Shown here: positions 63,999 to 64,000 of the stretch, one piece after another
How positions within the stretch are numbered: position 1 is the first letter of the stretch
How the letters are laid out: each line of letters opens with the position of its first letter
Assembly: GCF_004010195.1 (NCBI RefSeq)
Contig: NC_057749.1
Coordinates: forward strand, 24,946,979 to 25,010,978
Source of the DNA: Chiloscyllium plagiosum
Taxonomy: Eukaryota
Direction of reading: 5' to 3'
DNA length: 64,000 nt
Notes under the pieces: model-generated
Databases searched by the model: none
What the model saw: only the letters and a program-made list of their open reading frames with translations
Told to the model about the DNA's origin: nothing
Position numbers and translations under genes: made by a program

Positions 63999-64000
63999 CC

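Overview
Repeat-dense vertebrate genomic DNA. The repeat content (HE1 V-SINEs, HER1/CR1 LINEs, SacSINE1/DeuSINE-like copies) points to a cartilaginous fish, probably a shark. There are two N gaps, at 24797-25718 and 45760-46396. Almost all ORFs in the track are translations of repeats. Recognisable elements include ~25 HE1 SINEs, many CR1, L2 and Rex1 LINE fragments, and a decayed Gypsy LTR retrotransposon (about 12.9-17.6 kb) with nested insertions. Also present are two LTR families, a TA-flanked Tc1/mariner-type MITE, two TE-derived minisatellites, and Penelope-like elements whose short termini form palindromes with minimal hammerhead-ribozyme motifs. The three most interesting signals are: (1) poly(A)-tailed, Tx1/L1-like retrocopies inserted repeatedly at one site (AGGAGTGT) inside the Gypsy LTR; (2) hammerhead-bearing Penelope palindromes from at least two families; (3) a tentative, hand-assembled six-exon minus-strand gene for an unidentified Cys-rich single-pass membrane protein, downstream of a CCAAT-box cluster near 44 kb. 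No known protein-coding gene could be identified with confidence. Repeat boundaries are approximate unless TSDs or TIRs are quoted.
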